Of a stretch of 64,000 bases of DNA, positions 10,278 through 20,537 are shown piece by piece. The notes under the pieces are model-generated. The model searched no databases, was not told the origin of the DNA, and saw nothing but the letters and a program-made list of their open reading frames with translations. How positions within the stretch are numbered: the first letter of the stretch is position 1; each line of letters starts with the position of its first letter. Position numbers and translations under genes: made by a program. Location: positions 62,001 to 126,000 of the IMG/VR virus record IMGVR_UViG_3300003877_000001. One strand, given 5' to 3'.

Positions 10278-12697
10278 TGGGATTTAAACCTACAAAAGAA
10301 CAAGAAAAAATATTTCACTTCATTAAAAACAGAAAAGAAAACCTATTAATTGGTGCTCTTGCAGGTTGTGGTAAAACAACTACTGTTGTTGAAGGGTCTA
10401 AATTATTACCCAAAGATTCTAAAAAAATATATCTTGCATTCAATAAACATATTCAAATGGAATTGAAACAAAGATTACCAGATGATGTATTTTGTTATAC
10501 ATTTCATGGATTGGGTATGCAAGCAATTAAAAATGTATATGGGGATTCTATTAAATTTGATGAATTTAAAGTAGATGATATTGTTAATAAAAAATCAAAA
10601 AAATGGAATCTTAGTAGTGAACTACATAATAAAGAAGATATTGGTATATATTTAGGTAGAATAAAAAAGTTTGTTAATCTATGTAGATTAACAATAACAC
10701 TAGATAAAAAATATTTACCACATCTTTCAACTAAATATGATATAGAATTAGATGAACCTAGAGATCATAAAAGAGTATTTTCTGTTTTAGAAGAAATACT
10801 TAATGATCGTAAAACATTTGATTTTACAGATATGGTATTTTTACCTGCAATTGATAATAAAATTTGGATGTATCAATATGATAATGTAATGGTTGATGAA
10901 ATTCAAGATTTAAATCGTGCACAACAATATATATTAAAGAAAATTTTAAAGAAAGATAGAATATCTAAAAAGACTACTGGTAGATTAATTGCGGTTGGGG
11001 ACGTTAATCAATGTCAACCTAAAGGTAGTAAAATATTGATGCACGATGGTAGTGAAAAAAATATTGAGGACATTAAGAAGGGTGATTTTGTTGTTTCATA
11101 TAATAGAAAAGAAAAGGGTCGGTTTGTTGGAAGATATAAAAACAAAATGAGTGATTGGTTAAAAGAAAGAGCACCAATGGTTGAAGAAGTTTCTAAAAGA
11201 AAAATATATGAAAACTTAATAAAAATTAGTTCAAATAATAAAATTTCATCATATACTGAAAACCATAAAACTATGGTTAGATTTAAAAAAGAATCATTAA
11301 ATAAACATATTTTATATTTAATGAAAAAGGATGATAAGTATAGAATTGGTATTGTTAAACTATGGAACGGAAAAAATGATTTTGGATCATTCAGAGCAAG
11401 ACAAGAATCTGCCGATTCTTTTTGGATATTAAATACATATAATAATAAATTTGAAGCATACAGTGATGAACAATATTATTCATTAAAATATAAAATACCA
11501 CAATTAATTTTTAATTATAGAGATCAAAAGGGTAATATTAATCAAAAATATATTGATAAATTTTATAATAGAATAGACCTAAATGAATTACATAGTAACA
11601 TTTTTTTATTATTAAAAAATTTTAATAAAAGCATTGATTATCCCTTTTGGGAAAAAAATAAACATCAATATTTTAGTAAAAATCATATGTTTGAATTATA
11701 TGCAGTGAATATTCTTCCTAATGATATGGAAATGATCCATTATGATGTAAATAATACAGCAATTAGAACACATGGAAAAGGTTATCCATCTAAAATAGTT
11801 AAACCAACATATAAATCTATTGATTCTTTAGAATATGTACATTACTCTGATTATGTATATTCATTAAAAATAAAAAAATATGAATTATATGTTGCTGATG
11901 GTATTTTAACACATAATAGTATTTACGGATTTTCTGGTGTATCTGATAAATCATATGATTGGTTTCTTAAATTTCCTAATACAAAAATATTACCACTCAC
12001 TACTACATTTAGATGTGCTAAGAATATTGTTATAGAAGCACAAAAGATAGTGCCTACGCTACAAGCGTTACCTAATGCGATAGATGGCATCGTAAGAGAG
12101 GGTAGTGTCTTAGACGAGCCTGAAGATGGTGATTTTGTATTGTGTAGAACTACTACTCCATTAATAAAACTATTTTTTCATTATTTATTAGATGGTAAGA
12201 AAGCTGTTATTAAAGGAAGTGATATGGGAATATCATTAATTGAAATGGTACAAGGTCATAAAACACTATCACAATTAATGGCATTTTATACAAATGAATT
12301 AAAAAAATATGAAGCAGCTTTAAGAAAAAGAGGTATTCTTAATTATAGTGATGATAGTAGATATGTTGCTTTACAAGATAATGTTATGACGTTAGATTTT
12401 ATGGCTAAACTATCTACGGATATTGCAGACTTAAAAGATAAAATTAAAATGATATTTAGTGATGATTTATTTGGTATTGTTTTAAGCACTGTACATAAAT
12501 CAAAAGGATTAGAAGCAAGTCGAGTATTTATAGCAAGACCAGATAAAATGCCTCTACCAACAAAAAAAGCATGGCAATACCAACAAGAAATGAATTTAAA
12601 ATATGTTGCAATAACAAGAGCAAAACACGAACTAGTATTTGATTATGAATGGACTGATGAAGAAGAGGGTGGTAGTTTTGATATAGAAGAAGAATAA
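10277..12697 (+). CDS. UvrD/Rep SF1 helicase, intein-containing
   Basis: ALAGCGKTT, VDEIQD, VGD..Q|SIYGF.G, TVHKSKGLE, YVAITRA. Confidence 0.92.
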   Translation: MGFKPTKEQEKIFHFIKNRKENLLIGALAGCGKTTTVVEGSKLLPKDSKKIYLAFNKHIQMELKQRLPDDVFCYTFHGLGMQAIKNVYGDSIKFDEFKVDDIVNKKSKKWNLSSELHNKEDIGIYLGRIKKFVNLCRLTITLDKKYLPHLSTKYDIELDEPRDHKRVFSVLEEILNDRKTFDFTDMVFLPAIDNKIWMYQYDNVMVDEIQDLNRAQQYILKKILKKDRISKKTTGRLIAVGDVNQCQPKGSKILMHDGSEKNIEDIKKGDFVVSYNRKEKGRFVGRYKNKMSDWLKERAPMVEEVSKRKIYENLIKISSNNKISSYTENHKTMVRFKKESLNKHILYLMKKDDKYRIGIVKLWNGKNDFGSFRARQESADSFWILNTYNNKFEAYSDEQYYSLKYKIPQLIFNYRDQKGNINQKYIDKFYNRIDLNELHSNIFLLLKNFNKSIDYPFWEKNKHQYFSKNHMFELYAVNILPNDMEMIHYDVNNTAIRTHGKGYPSKIVKPTYKSIDSLEYVHYSDYVYSLKIKKYELYVADGILTHNSIYGFSGVSDKSYDWFLKFPNTKILPLTTTFRCAKNIVIEAQKIVPTLQALPNAIDGIVREGSVLDEPEDGDFVLCRTTTPLIKLFFHYLLDGKKAVIKGSDMGISLIEMVQGHKTLSQLMAFYTNELKKYEAALRKRGILNYSDDSRYVALQDNVMTLDFMAKLSTDIADLKDKIKMIFSDDLFGIVLSTVHKSKGLEASRVFIARPDKMPLPTKKAWQYQQEMNLKYVAITRAKHELVFDYEWTDEEEGGSFDIEEE
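11012..11917 (+). mobile_element. intein (302 aa) in helicase motif III
   Basis: Starts CQPKGSKILMHDG, block B TENH, ends YVADGILTHN followed by Ser. Confidence 0.92.
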
Positions 12698-12699
12698 TT

Positions 12700-13008
12700 A
12701 TGAAGAAAAAACTAAGTATACTTGAAAAATTACCTAATGGTGAGGTAGTAGAACCTAATGTAAGATTAATGATTGATATTCATTTGGATAGGTTAACATT
12801 AATAATTCAGAAAAAATTAAAATCTATGGAAATTAGAGAAGAATTTTCTGAAACATTCCAAATTGATGAAAAAACACCAATAGATGATATTATAAATGAT
12901 TTTTATTTAAAATATCTTAAATTAAAAGATATTGAAATATATTGGGACAATACATTAAAAGATACTGAAGTTATTGAATTTGATTTATTGAATGAGGATG
13001 AAGATTAA
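12700..13008 (+). CDS. hypothetical protein
   Basis: ORF track. Confidence 0.5.
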   Translation: MKKKLSILEKLPNGEVVEPNVRLMIDIHLDRLTLIIQKKLKSMEIREEFSETFQIDEKTPIDDIINDFYLKYLKLKDIEIYWDNTLKDTEVIEFDLLNEDED

Positions 13009-13355
13009 TTACTAAAACCACCACCTTCATCGGTTCTGATATTATTTAAATCTCTAAATCTATTGTTAATACCTTCAATATTTCCATTAAGAGTACCAAT
13101 ACCCATATATAATTCTTGAAGATTACTATTCATATCATCTAATCCTGTTGAAATTTTTTCTTCAATTTTAACCATTTTAGTTTCATGATCATACAATTTG
13201 GGTACAATGAATATAGAATAAAACCCATACATAATACTTAATATCCCTAGAAGGAAACTAATTACATGTTTAAATCCTACTTCTATTTTTGTTTGTTCGT
13301 TTAGTTTTTTTGACATTTTAGTTAAATTCTTGGTTCGTAAGCTGAAGATTCCCAT
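13005..13355 (-). CDS. membrane/coiled-coil protein
   Basis: One TM helix then heptads; true start may be a downstream Met. Confidence 0.5.
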   Translation of the reverse strand: MGIFSLRTKNLTKMSKKLNEQTKIEVGFKHVISFLLGILSIMYGFYSIFIVPKLYDHETKMVKIEEKISTGLDDMNSNLQELYMGIGTLNGNIEGINNRFRDLNNIRTDEGGGFSN

Positions 13356-13792
13356 TTTAAATAAAAGACACCAATATTTTCTGCACTAGTATACCAATTA
13401 TAAATGGCTGTTGGTGATGTGTTAACATAAACAGTCACACCATTGGGATATTGATTATATGTTAATTCATTATTATCTAAAAATACTCTAGTATTATATA
13501 GCCATGTTTTAGTTGTTTGTCTATTATGTACGGATTTACTAACAGCAGTTAATACATATTCATATTTAAATTGTTTATATATTCCACTATTATTTTCTCT
13601 TTTCCATATATATGCTTCAACACTAATTAATGAACCATCTGCCATTTGCAAAGCATATGTACCTAATGTTCTATAAACATAACCTTGATTTAATAATTCA
13701 AAATTTAATAATATTTCACTATGTAAATTTTTAGTACTCAAACCAAAAGAAGTAAATATAAAAAGGATAATTATTAATATGAATTTATACAT
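13322..13792 (-). CDS. secreted hypothetical protein
   Basis: Signal-peptide-like N-terminus. Confidence 0.5.
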   Translation of the reverse strand: MYKFILIIILFIFTSFGLSTKNLHSEILLNFELLNQGYVYRTLGTYALQMADGSLISVEAYIWKRENNSGIYKQFKYEYVLTAVSKSVHNRQTTKTWLYNTRVFLDNNELTYNQYPNGVTVYVNTSPTAIYNWYTSAENIGVFYLKWESSAYEPRI

Positions 13793-13825
13793 AATATTTA
13801 TATTCTAACCATAAATACTATCAAT

Positions 13826-15463
13826 TTAAAAATTTAACTCATATTTAAATTTACCACAATCCCAAATTCTATCAAATCCCAATTCTTGCATCATTTCCCA
13901 CTCAGTTTTATTTTCGTTATAGTGACTTGGAAATTTTTTCTTAATACTATTTTTACCAAAACCAAATTTATGAAATCTTTTATCTCTAGAGTATTTAGGG
14001 TTAAAATACCAATAATCTGGTTTTAATGTTTTAGTTAATTCAAACCCTAATTTAGAATATAAATTATTATTTGAATTTGGTGTCCACCTTCTATCTGCAA
14101 ATGATATAATTTTGGTTGGTTCATATGTTTTAATAAAATATGATAATAATCTAGAGGCAATACCTGTTATAACATATTCATTTTTAATTGTAAATCTTGC
14201 TAGTTCATATACTGTGTTATTATGATTATTTGATTTATTCATATATCTTTTATTATCAAATGTCATAATTCCAACAATTTCATCATTATAATGGGCAACT
14301 ATTGAAATTTTTGATTTATCATTACCTTGTATATGATTTTCATTTAAGAATATACTTTTATCATTTTTCGCAATATTTTCAGAAATAATACATTTTCTTG
14401 CATGAATTTTTGTGGATTCATTTAAATTAAGAATATGATTAATTTTATTTATAATTAGGGTTGGGTTATTTAATAATTCATCACTAAAAATATGTATTAA
14501 ATCATAACCCTCTTTTAAAGCCAACTCAGTTTTATTTAAATGATAATTTTTATCTTTACCACCAAATAATTCAGTATGGAAAATATTACCATTAATTTCA
14601 ATACCAATTTTATTTTTTTCATCAATTAAATCAATTTCTTTACCATTTAAAATTTTTCTATTATTCTCAATAAATTTTATATTAACATTTTCTTTTATAA
14701 ATTCTTCTAATTTTGATTTCTTATTTCCAGAGTAAAATTTTAAATATTTATTATATGTTTTAATTAATTTATTTCTTGTTTTTGGTGAAATAAGATAATA
14801 TCCATATCTTAATTTATATTCTTCAGGTGTTATATTGTGTTTTTCTTTTAAATGAGTATTAGTTATTGATTTAAATTCTTCATTACAAATTTTACAAGTA
14901 ATTAAGATATTATAAATTTCTTTTTTAATAAAATCTCGATCTTCAGGATAATTTTTTAAATGTGTTTTAAGATTTATATTGTGAATATTAATTAAATGCT
15001 TTTCATATGCACCAGATTTATTATATATGTCCTTAGTCATCCAATCACAATATGAACATTTTTTTACTTTTTTTATTGGAATATAATTTATTGTAAAATA
15101 ATTATCATACCAAAATTTACCTGTTTTATACTCAATAGATTTTCTTTTATAGTTTGAGTCAATGATAATATTTGGAAATATATTTAGGATATGACTAGTA
15201 ATAACGCCAGATTGATTTTTGTAATCCACAAAAATTTTATTTGTTTTTTTACATTTTAATGTTAATTGATAATTATTTTTTAAAGGATAATTATTTTTTA
15301 TATGTTTTTCAAACTCGAATGAATGAATTTGTTTTTGTATAAATGAATATGAGTATGGAAAATTTTCACTTACTTTTCTAATTGATTTTTTTTTCTTATA
15401 ATATAACTCTTTAATTTTATTTATTTCATATTTAGTTAATTCTTTCTTATTTTTCATATCCAT
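13826..15463 (-). CDS. Hef/Vsr-like homing endonuclease with C2H2 fingers
   Basis: EIDL..IGIEINGNIFH, SFADRRW, RIWDCG; paralog of ORF at 2-1318. Confidence 0.75.
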   Translation of the reverse strand: MDMKNKKELTKYEINKIKELYYKKKKSIRKVSENFPYSYSFIQKQIHSFEFEKHIKNNYPLKNNYQLTLKCKKTNKIFVDYKNQSGVITSHILNIFPNIIIDSNYKRKSIEYKTGKFWYDNYFTINYIPIKKVKKCSYCDWMTKDIYNKSGAYEKHLINIHNINLKTHLKNYPEDRDFIKKEIYNILITCKICNEEFKSITNTHLKEKHNITPEEYKLRYGYYLISPKTRNKLIKTYNKYLKFYSGNKKSKLEEFIKENVNIKFIENNRKILNGKEIDLIDEKNKIGIEINGNIFHTELFGGKDKNYHLNKTELALKEGYDLIHIFSDELLNNPTLIINKINHILNLNESTKIHARKCIISENIAKNDKSIFLNENHIQGNDKSKISIVAHYNDEIVGIMTFDNKRYMNKSNNHNNTVYELARFTIKNEYVITGIASRLLSYFIKTYEPTKIISFADRRWTPNSNNNLYSKLGFELTKTLKPDYWYFNPKYSRDKRFHKFGFGKNSIKKKFPSHYNENKTEWEMMQELGFDRIWDCGKFKYELNF

Positions 15464-15548
15464 TAAATGGTTTACAATAATAAATACGTATAAATAAAAA
15501 AAAGGTTACATAAATGCAACCTTTTTAACTTTATAATTTATTTACGTA

Positions 15549-17201
15549 TTATTGTAAATCACCAATTCCGAATACTTCAAGACCGTCACAGTATACTCTA
15601 CCATAATATCTATTAAGTATCATTTTCTTAGCATAACGTGTCATAATACCTCTAATTGGTTTGAAATCAAAAGGATTATACATAACAGGAGTTAACTGCA
15701 TAGGTATGTATGGAGCATAGATATATCCACTTTCAAGGATTGATGAACCTTTGTGACCTATTAACATAGTGTTAGCAGGAGCATAAGGATCACGATACAC
15801 TTGGTATCTTCCTGAAAGAGTACCTATCTTCTCGATACCCATATTATACTTATCTTGTTCTGGGGCAGCATTAGAAACATGGAAATACTCCAAGTCATCA
15901 AATACAGCAGAAATTTCAGGAGAAACAACTACCCATGATGCACCACCTCTAAGAACAGCTTTATGGATTTGAGCTGAGATTTGATTAATTTTAGTAATCA
16001 AAGTTTGATTCCAATCCTTCTGTGTACCATAATATGTAGAAGTTTGTTTTCTTAAACCGTTGTAATCCCAACGTAAAGTCCAAGCAGCACCTCTTCTTAA
16101 ATCTCTCAAGATTTCTCTATCGATTTCAGCAGCCATTTGCTCTGATAATAAAGCAGTTAATTCTGCTTCGGCATCGATGTTGTGGAATGCACTAACATCT
16201 TGTGCTAATTCAGGAGTCCATTGTGCTCTCATTTTTCTTGTTTCTACTGAAACAGTTACTTCATCAAGACCAAATGTAACTTCTGCCATTTCCGAATCTT
16301 CTTCAAGATCAGAATATACTCTATATGTATAATTAAATACAGGAGTACTTGCAGCACTGAATGGTTGATACCCATCTTGACCAGCATAAGTTAAGTCAAT
16401 TATTAATACTAAATCACCAGCTTCGTTAACGATAGCTTGACCGTATTTTTGTACCTTCACACTATAAGGAACACCATCACCAGCAGTAATAGTTGCATCT
16501 GCAAAAGGTGCAGGTGCAGTTAAATCAACATTAGATGTCATTATTAGTGATGCTAAGAATGATTCAGTGTCCATTGGTACACCAGCAGGTCCTACCAATT
16601 TACCTTGTTCTGTAATTGTAAATCCGTTAACAGTAACAGTAACACTTCTATCACCAGCAATATATGCAGGTGATTGAACACTAGTACCTGTTATGAATTG
16701 GATTCTACCCTTACTTCTGTCAAATAGACCAGTACCTTCTTTATCATACTCTGTTGCGTAGAACGCATCGTATAATGATCTAGATTCGAATGGAGTACCA
16801 CCAGAAGTAGTTGCAGCATTCGAATAAGCACCATCAGGTGATGTATGCTCAGTACCGTTTACTCTTACAGATACTTTAGGGTTAATGTAATATAACTTAC
16901 CTATTGGTAAGTTTAAAGCCTGAACTGAAACTAAGTCGTTTGCTAATAATTTAGCAAATACTCTTCTAATTACAGGGAACGCAACAGTTTCGAATTGACC
17001 ACTTGATGCTGAATCTGTTGATTCATTAATCATGTGAGACAATTGATTTTCGAATAATTGTGCACAGTTCTCTCTAACGTTTCCATCAAGACCTTCTAAA
17101 AGACCGATACTATCCCATTTCTGTGTAGTTATCTCTCTTTGTTCTCTTAATTGTTTAAGACCGATGTTACCTACTTCAGCCGATTCTGTTAAAAAACTCA
17201 T
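15549..17201 (-). CDS. major capsid protein (T4 gp23-like)
   Basis: TRKMRAQWTPELAQD..A.H.IDAEAEL, EIDREI, YAPYIP, GIMTRYA. Confidence 0.97.
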   Translation of the reverse strand: MSFLTESAEVGNIGLKQLREQREITTQKWDSIGLLEGLDGNVRENCAQLFENQLSHMINESTDSASSGQFETVAFPVIRRVFAKLLANDLVSVQALNLPIGKLYYINPKVSVRVNGTEHTSPDGAYSNAATTSGGTPFESRSLYDAFYATEYDKEGTGLFDRSKGRIQFITGTSVQSPAYIAGDRSVTVTVNGFTITEQGKLVGPAGVPMDTESFLASLIMTSNVDLTAPAPFADATITAGDGVPYSVKVQKYGQAIVNEAGDLVLIIDLTYAGQDGYQPFSAASTPVFNYTYRVYSDLEEDSEMAEVTFGLDEVTVSVETRKMRAQWTPELAQDVSAFHNIDAEAELTALLSEQMAAEIDREILRDLRRGAAWTLRWDYNGLRKQTSTYYGTQKDWNQTLITKINQISAQIHKAVLRGGASWVVVSPEISAVFDDLEYFHVSNAAPEQDKYNMGIEKIGTLSGRYQVYRDPYAPANTMLIGHKGSSILESGYIYAPYIPMQLTPVMYNPFDFKPIRGIMTRYAKKMILNRYYGRVYCDGLEVFGIGDLQ

Positions 17202-17239
17202 TTTATTTATTGTTTATTTTCTTTATTATTATTATTAAT

Positions 17240-18763
17240 TTATGATAAGATTTTTTTGTTACCATGATTATCAACATATTCCATCAATTGCTTGATTTTA
17301 TCAACATGTTCATTTTTAAAAGCTGTTTGCTCGATAATTTTCTCACTTTTTACTGAAGAAGTTTCGATACTATCATTCACTTTTTCTTCAACACTTTCTT
17401 CAAGAGGTTTTTTAGTTTGCATTTCTGCAACTACTCTTTTGTAAGTTTCTTCAGATTCAGTAATAGTACTAACATCTTTAAATTGGTTAATTACGTTTTT
17501 CTTATCTTCAGCAGTTAATGCTAAACTTTCGTTTACTAAAATGTTATTCACACTAGCAAGATTAGTATTAAATACTGCCATTTCTTGTAATTGATTACGA
17601 TACTTAACTAAAGCTTCTGAAAGTTTCTTTTGATCATTAGAAAGACTTTCGAATTTCTTAGAATCATCTTTAATTACATTTAATTCTTTAGTTACTTTTT
17701 TATTTTCATTAATCAAACTTGCCATACGTTTTTCCATTATTGCTTTAGATACATTCAATTTTTCTACGCTTTCATTTGACCATTGAGGACGATTTCTACT
17801 ATGACCTTTACGATCTCTATACTCTGCACCATCGTTAGGAAGTGTACCTGCTCTTACCTTACCACTTGAGAATGATTGTCCATGAATTTCATCAACAGTT
17901 TCTTTATCATCAACAGTATCAACTTCATCAAGAACTTTTTCATTTTCTTCAGATTCACCCATTCTATATTGTTCAGGACTTTTATTTGCATTAGCAGCAG
18001 TACCTAATTGTTCTAGAGCAGCAGCAGCTTTAGGGTTTTTTTGTTTTAACCATTGCATTAATGCAGCAGCACCCCCACCAGCAACTAATACACCAACAGC
18101 ACCACCAATTGCACTAAGCATAGTAGGATCAACAGCTTCATCAATCACAACTTCATTGATTCCGTTAGGAGTTGTATTGTGTCCAGTTTCAGCAGGAGCA
18201 GTAGCACCATGTGGTACTTTCTCATGCATTTCATTAGTTTCGATGTGCTGTTCAACACCATTCATTTCATTTACCATTTCTCCAAGCATTTCGTATATTT
18301 TTTTTATTTTTTTATCATAAGGATCAGTTTCACTTTTCCCATTAAGGATAGCTTCAACTTCATTTGTTTGTCCTTCCATTTCACCTAATTCTCTACTAAC
18401 ATCATCGATGTTGATTTGGTCAGTAGAAACTTCAAATTCATCAGAAGTACTTGCATTATTATATGCTTCCTCAATATCATCGATTGACAATTCTCTTAAA
18501 TCAATTTCTTCCATCTCGTTTAGAGATTCTTTAATATTATCAGTATTTTTTTTACCCTCAATTACGGGTTCTTTAACATTATCTTCAATAGACTCTTTTA
18601 CCGATTCTTTATTCTTTAAAATTTCCTCTTTAAGAAGAGATTCAAATTTTTCAGGTAGTTCTTTTGCTATTCTATCTTTAGCAGATTTATCGGCAGCTTC
18701 AATAATTGATTGTAACTCGATTACTGCTTCTTCTAAAATAGACTTCTTTTTTTTATTTTCCAT
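17240..18763 (-). CDS. prohead scaffold/core protein
   Basis: Acidic coiled-coil gene between protease and MCP. Confidence 0.7.
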   Translation of the reverse strand: MENKKKKSILEEAVIELQSIIEAADKSAKDRIAKELPEKFESLLKEEILKNKESVKESIEDNVKEPVIEGKKNTDNIKESLNEMEEIDLRELSIDDIEEAYNNASTSDEFEVSTDQINIDDVSRELGEMEGQTNEVEAILNGKSETDPYDKKIKKIYEMLGEMVNEMNGVEQHIETNEMHEKVPHGATAPAETGHNTTPNGINEVVIDEAVDPTMLSAIGGAVGVLVAGGGAAALMQWLKQKNPKAAAALEQLGTAANANKSPEQYRMGESEENEKVLDEVDTVDDKETVDEIHGQSFSSGKVRAGTLPNDGAEYRDRKGHSRNRPQWSNESVEKLNVSKAIMEKRMASLINENKKVTKELNVIKDDSKKFESLSNDQKKLSEALVKYRNQLQEMAVFNTNLASVNNILVNESLALTAEDKKNVINQFKDVSTITESEETYKRVVAEMQTKKPLEESVEEKVNDSIETSSVKSEKIIEQTAFKNEHVDKIKQLMEYVDNHGNKKILS

Positions 18764-18911
18764 ACCTAATTATTCCATTTTTAAAAACTTAATTTATTAT
18801 AAATACATATCAAAAGATAAAAAGTACAAAATTTTATATTTTTGCTTTAAATTTCTTGATTTTTTGTATTTTTTTCGTTATTTTTACAACTTTTTTCGTT
18901 ATTTTTTATTA

Positions 18912-19619
18912 TTATAATAAAAACTGATCAATTGCATCAAGAACTTTTTTATCATTTTCATTTAAATTCACAATTCCATTTCCAGTTTTTAAGAATTTAT
19001 TCTCACCAACTTGCATTTCATTTCTATCAGGAAATAAATATGCACCCGGTGTACTTGGACTAGCAACCAAATCAAAACATATTAATTCAAAATCTTTTTG
19101 AACAATATTTTTACCGTTTGATTCTTTTAATGACCCAACACCACGTGATGATATACCTAATCTAATACCTCTCTTTAAATACTCAACAATTTTATCTCCA
19201 ACCATAGACACAATTCCTTCACGCATATATGCTGGTGATGTTATAATTTCTAATTGTCCATAAAGTATATTTTCTTTCTCTCCTTCACCCCACCATATTT
19301 TTTTTATTAAATGTGATGTATTAAGTAATGATACTACTGATGAATCAGGATGATCTGCTTCAGATATTGCAGAATTGGTATCAACCAATTTTTGATATTC
19401 TTCAACTTGTGGTATTAATACTTCCTTTGGATATATTCTATTATTCTTATTTTCTACTCCCCATTTTTGAAGAATACAATTAATTAATACTGGTTCATTC
19501 GGTTTTACTACAAAACCTTCAGTTATTAAATGTTGATTTAAATCACTCGAAATATAACCAGCATCCGTTTCTATTAATATACCGAAGCCTGTTTCGCCAC
19601 GTTCTAAAATTTTGCTCAT
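18912..19619 (-). CDS. prohead protease (gp21-like)
   Basis: N.N.RIYP, E.DHP, GISSRGVGS, FDLVASPSTPGA. Confidence 0.95.
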   Translation of the reverse strand: MSKILERGETGFGILIETDAGYISSDLNQHLITEGFVVKPNEPVLINCILQKWGVENKNNRIYPKEVLIPQVEEYQKLVDTNSAISEADHPDSSVVSLLNTSHLIKKIWWGEGEKENILYGQLEIITSPAYMREGIVSMVGDKIVEYLKRGIRLGISSRGVGSLKESNGKNIVQKDFELICFDLVASPSTPGAYLFPDRNEMQVGENKFLKTGNGIVNLNENDKKVLDAIDQFLL

Positions 19620-20053
19620 ACCTTAATTTTTTTATTATAAATAGTTTCTTGTTGTTTTATTATAAAATTCTTAGCAGTTTTCTTTGATATATATATACTT
19701 ATGAGTTCACAATCTTCAAGTGCTTCAATTATATATCTACTGTTTGGGAGTATTAATTGTGTATTTGGTGTTGTAATAATTACATCATCTTTAAATCTGA
19801 TGTATTTTATTTTTATTGATCCTTTAGTACAAACAATTCTATTAAATACATCATTCGTAATAATATTGGACTTCATACCCTTCTTTAATTTAAAAATATT
19901 GGTAGAGGTCGTATCATTTTCTCCATGATATTTTACATCAACAAGATAATCATTACTTTCATTATTTGTTGTAAGACAACTATTATTTGTTATTTCTTTA
20001 ATTCGATGTTGTATAAAATTATTTGTCTTTTTTAATTCACTAATTTTATCCAT
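19616..20053 (-). CDS. hypothetical protein (possible cupin-like fold)
   Basis: ORF track; IEALEDC C-terminal strand. Confidence 0.4.
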   Translation of the reverse strand: MDKISELKKTNNFIQHRIKEITNNSCLTTNNESNDYLVDVKYHGENDTTSTNIFKLKKGMKSNIITNDVFNRIVCTKGSIKIKYIRFKDDVIITTPNTQLILPNSRYIIEALEDCELISIYISKKTAKNFIIKQQETIYNKKIKV

Positions 20054-20450
20054 TTCTTTTTTTGTTTATTTCAATTGTTGTTTTAATAGATGTCTCTAAT
20101 GAATCAATTTTATTAATAATTTTTTCGGTATCATTTTCTTTCATTTTTTCACTCATTTCTAATACACTATTTACACCCTTTAAAACTGTTAATGTTTCCT
20201 TTTCAGATTCTCTCCAATGAAGATTTCTCTCATCTTCCTTCACAATACCATCTTTTCTAATTTCATCAATTTTTTTTAAATATGTTTCTTGTATTTTTCT
20301 AAGTTCATTAAATAAAAAAAGAATAATACCAAACAAGATTAATACTAAAGACACCAAAATCGCAAAAATTGTATTCTGTTCTGCTGCTGCCTCAAATCCC
20401 TCTAAATTAATTTGTCCTAATATTGGTAATATGGATAATATAAAATTCAT
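20046..20450 (-). CDS. membrane protein, possible holin
   Basis: TM helix followed by coiled coil. Confidence 0.4.
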   Translation of the reverse strand: MNFILSILPILGQINLEGFEAAAEQNTIFAILVSLVLILFGIILFLFNELRKIQETYLKKIDEIRKDGIVKEDERNLHWRESEKETLTVLKGVNSVLEMSEKMKENDTEKIINKIDSLETSIKTTIEINKKRNG

Positions 20451-20537
20451 ATTTATTGTTTTATATAAATAGTTTTTAATTCTCTAAACGAATAGGGTTT
20501 TTTTGAAATGACTATTTATATTAAATTATAAAACATA

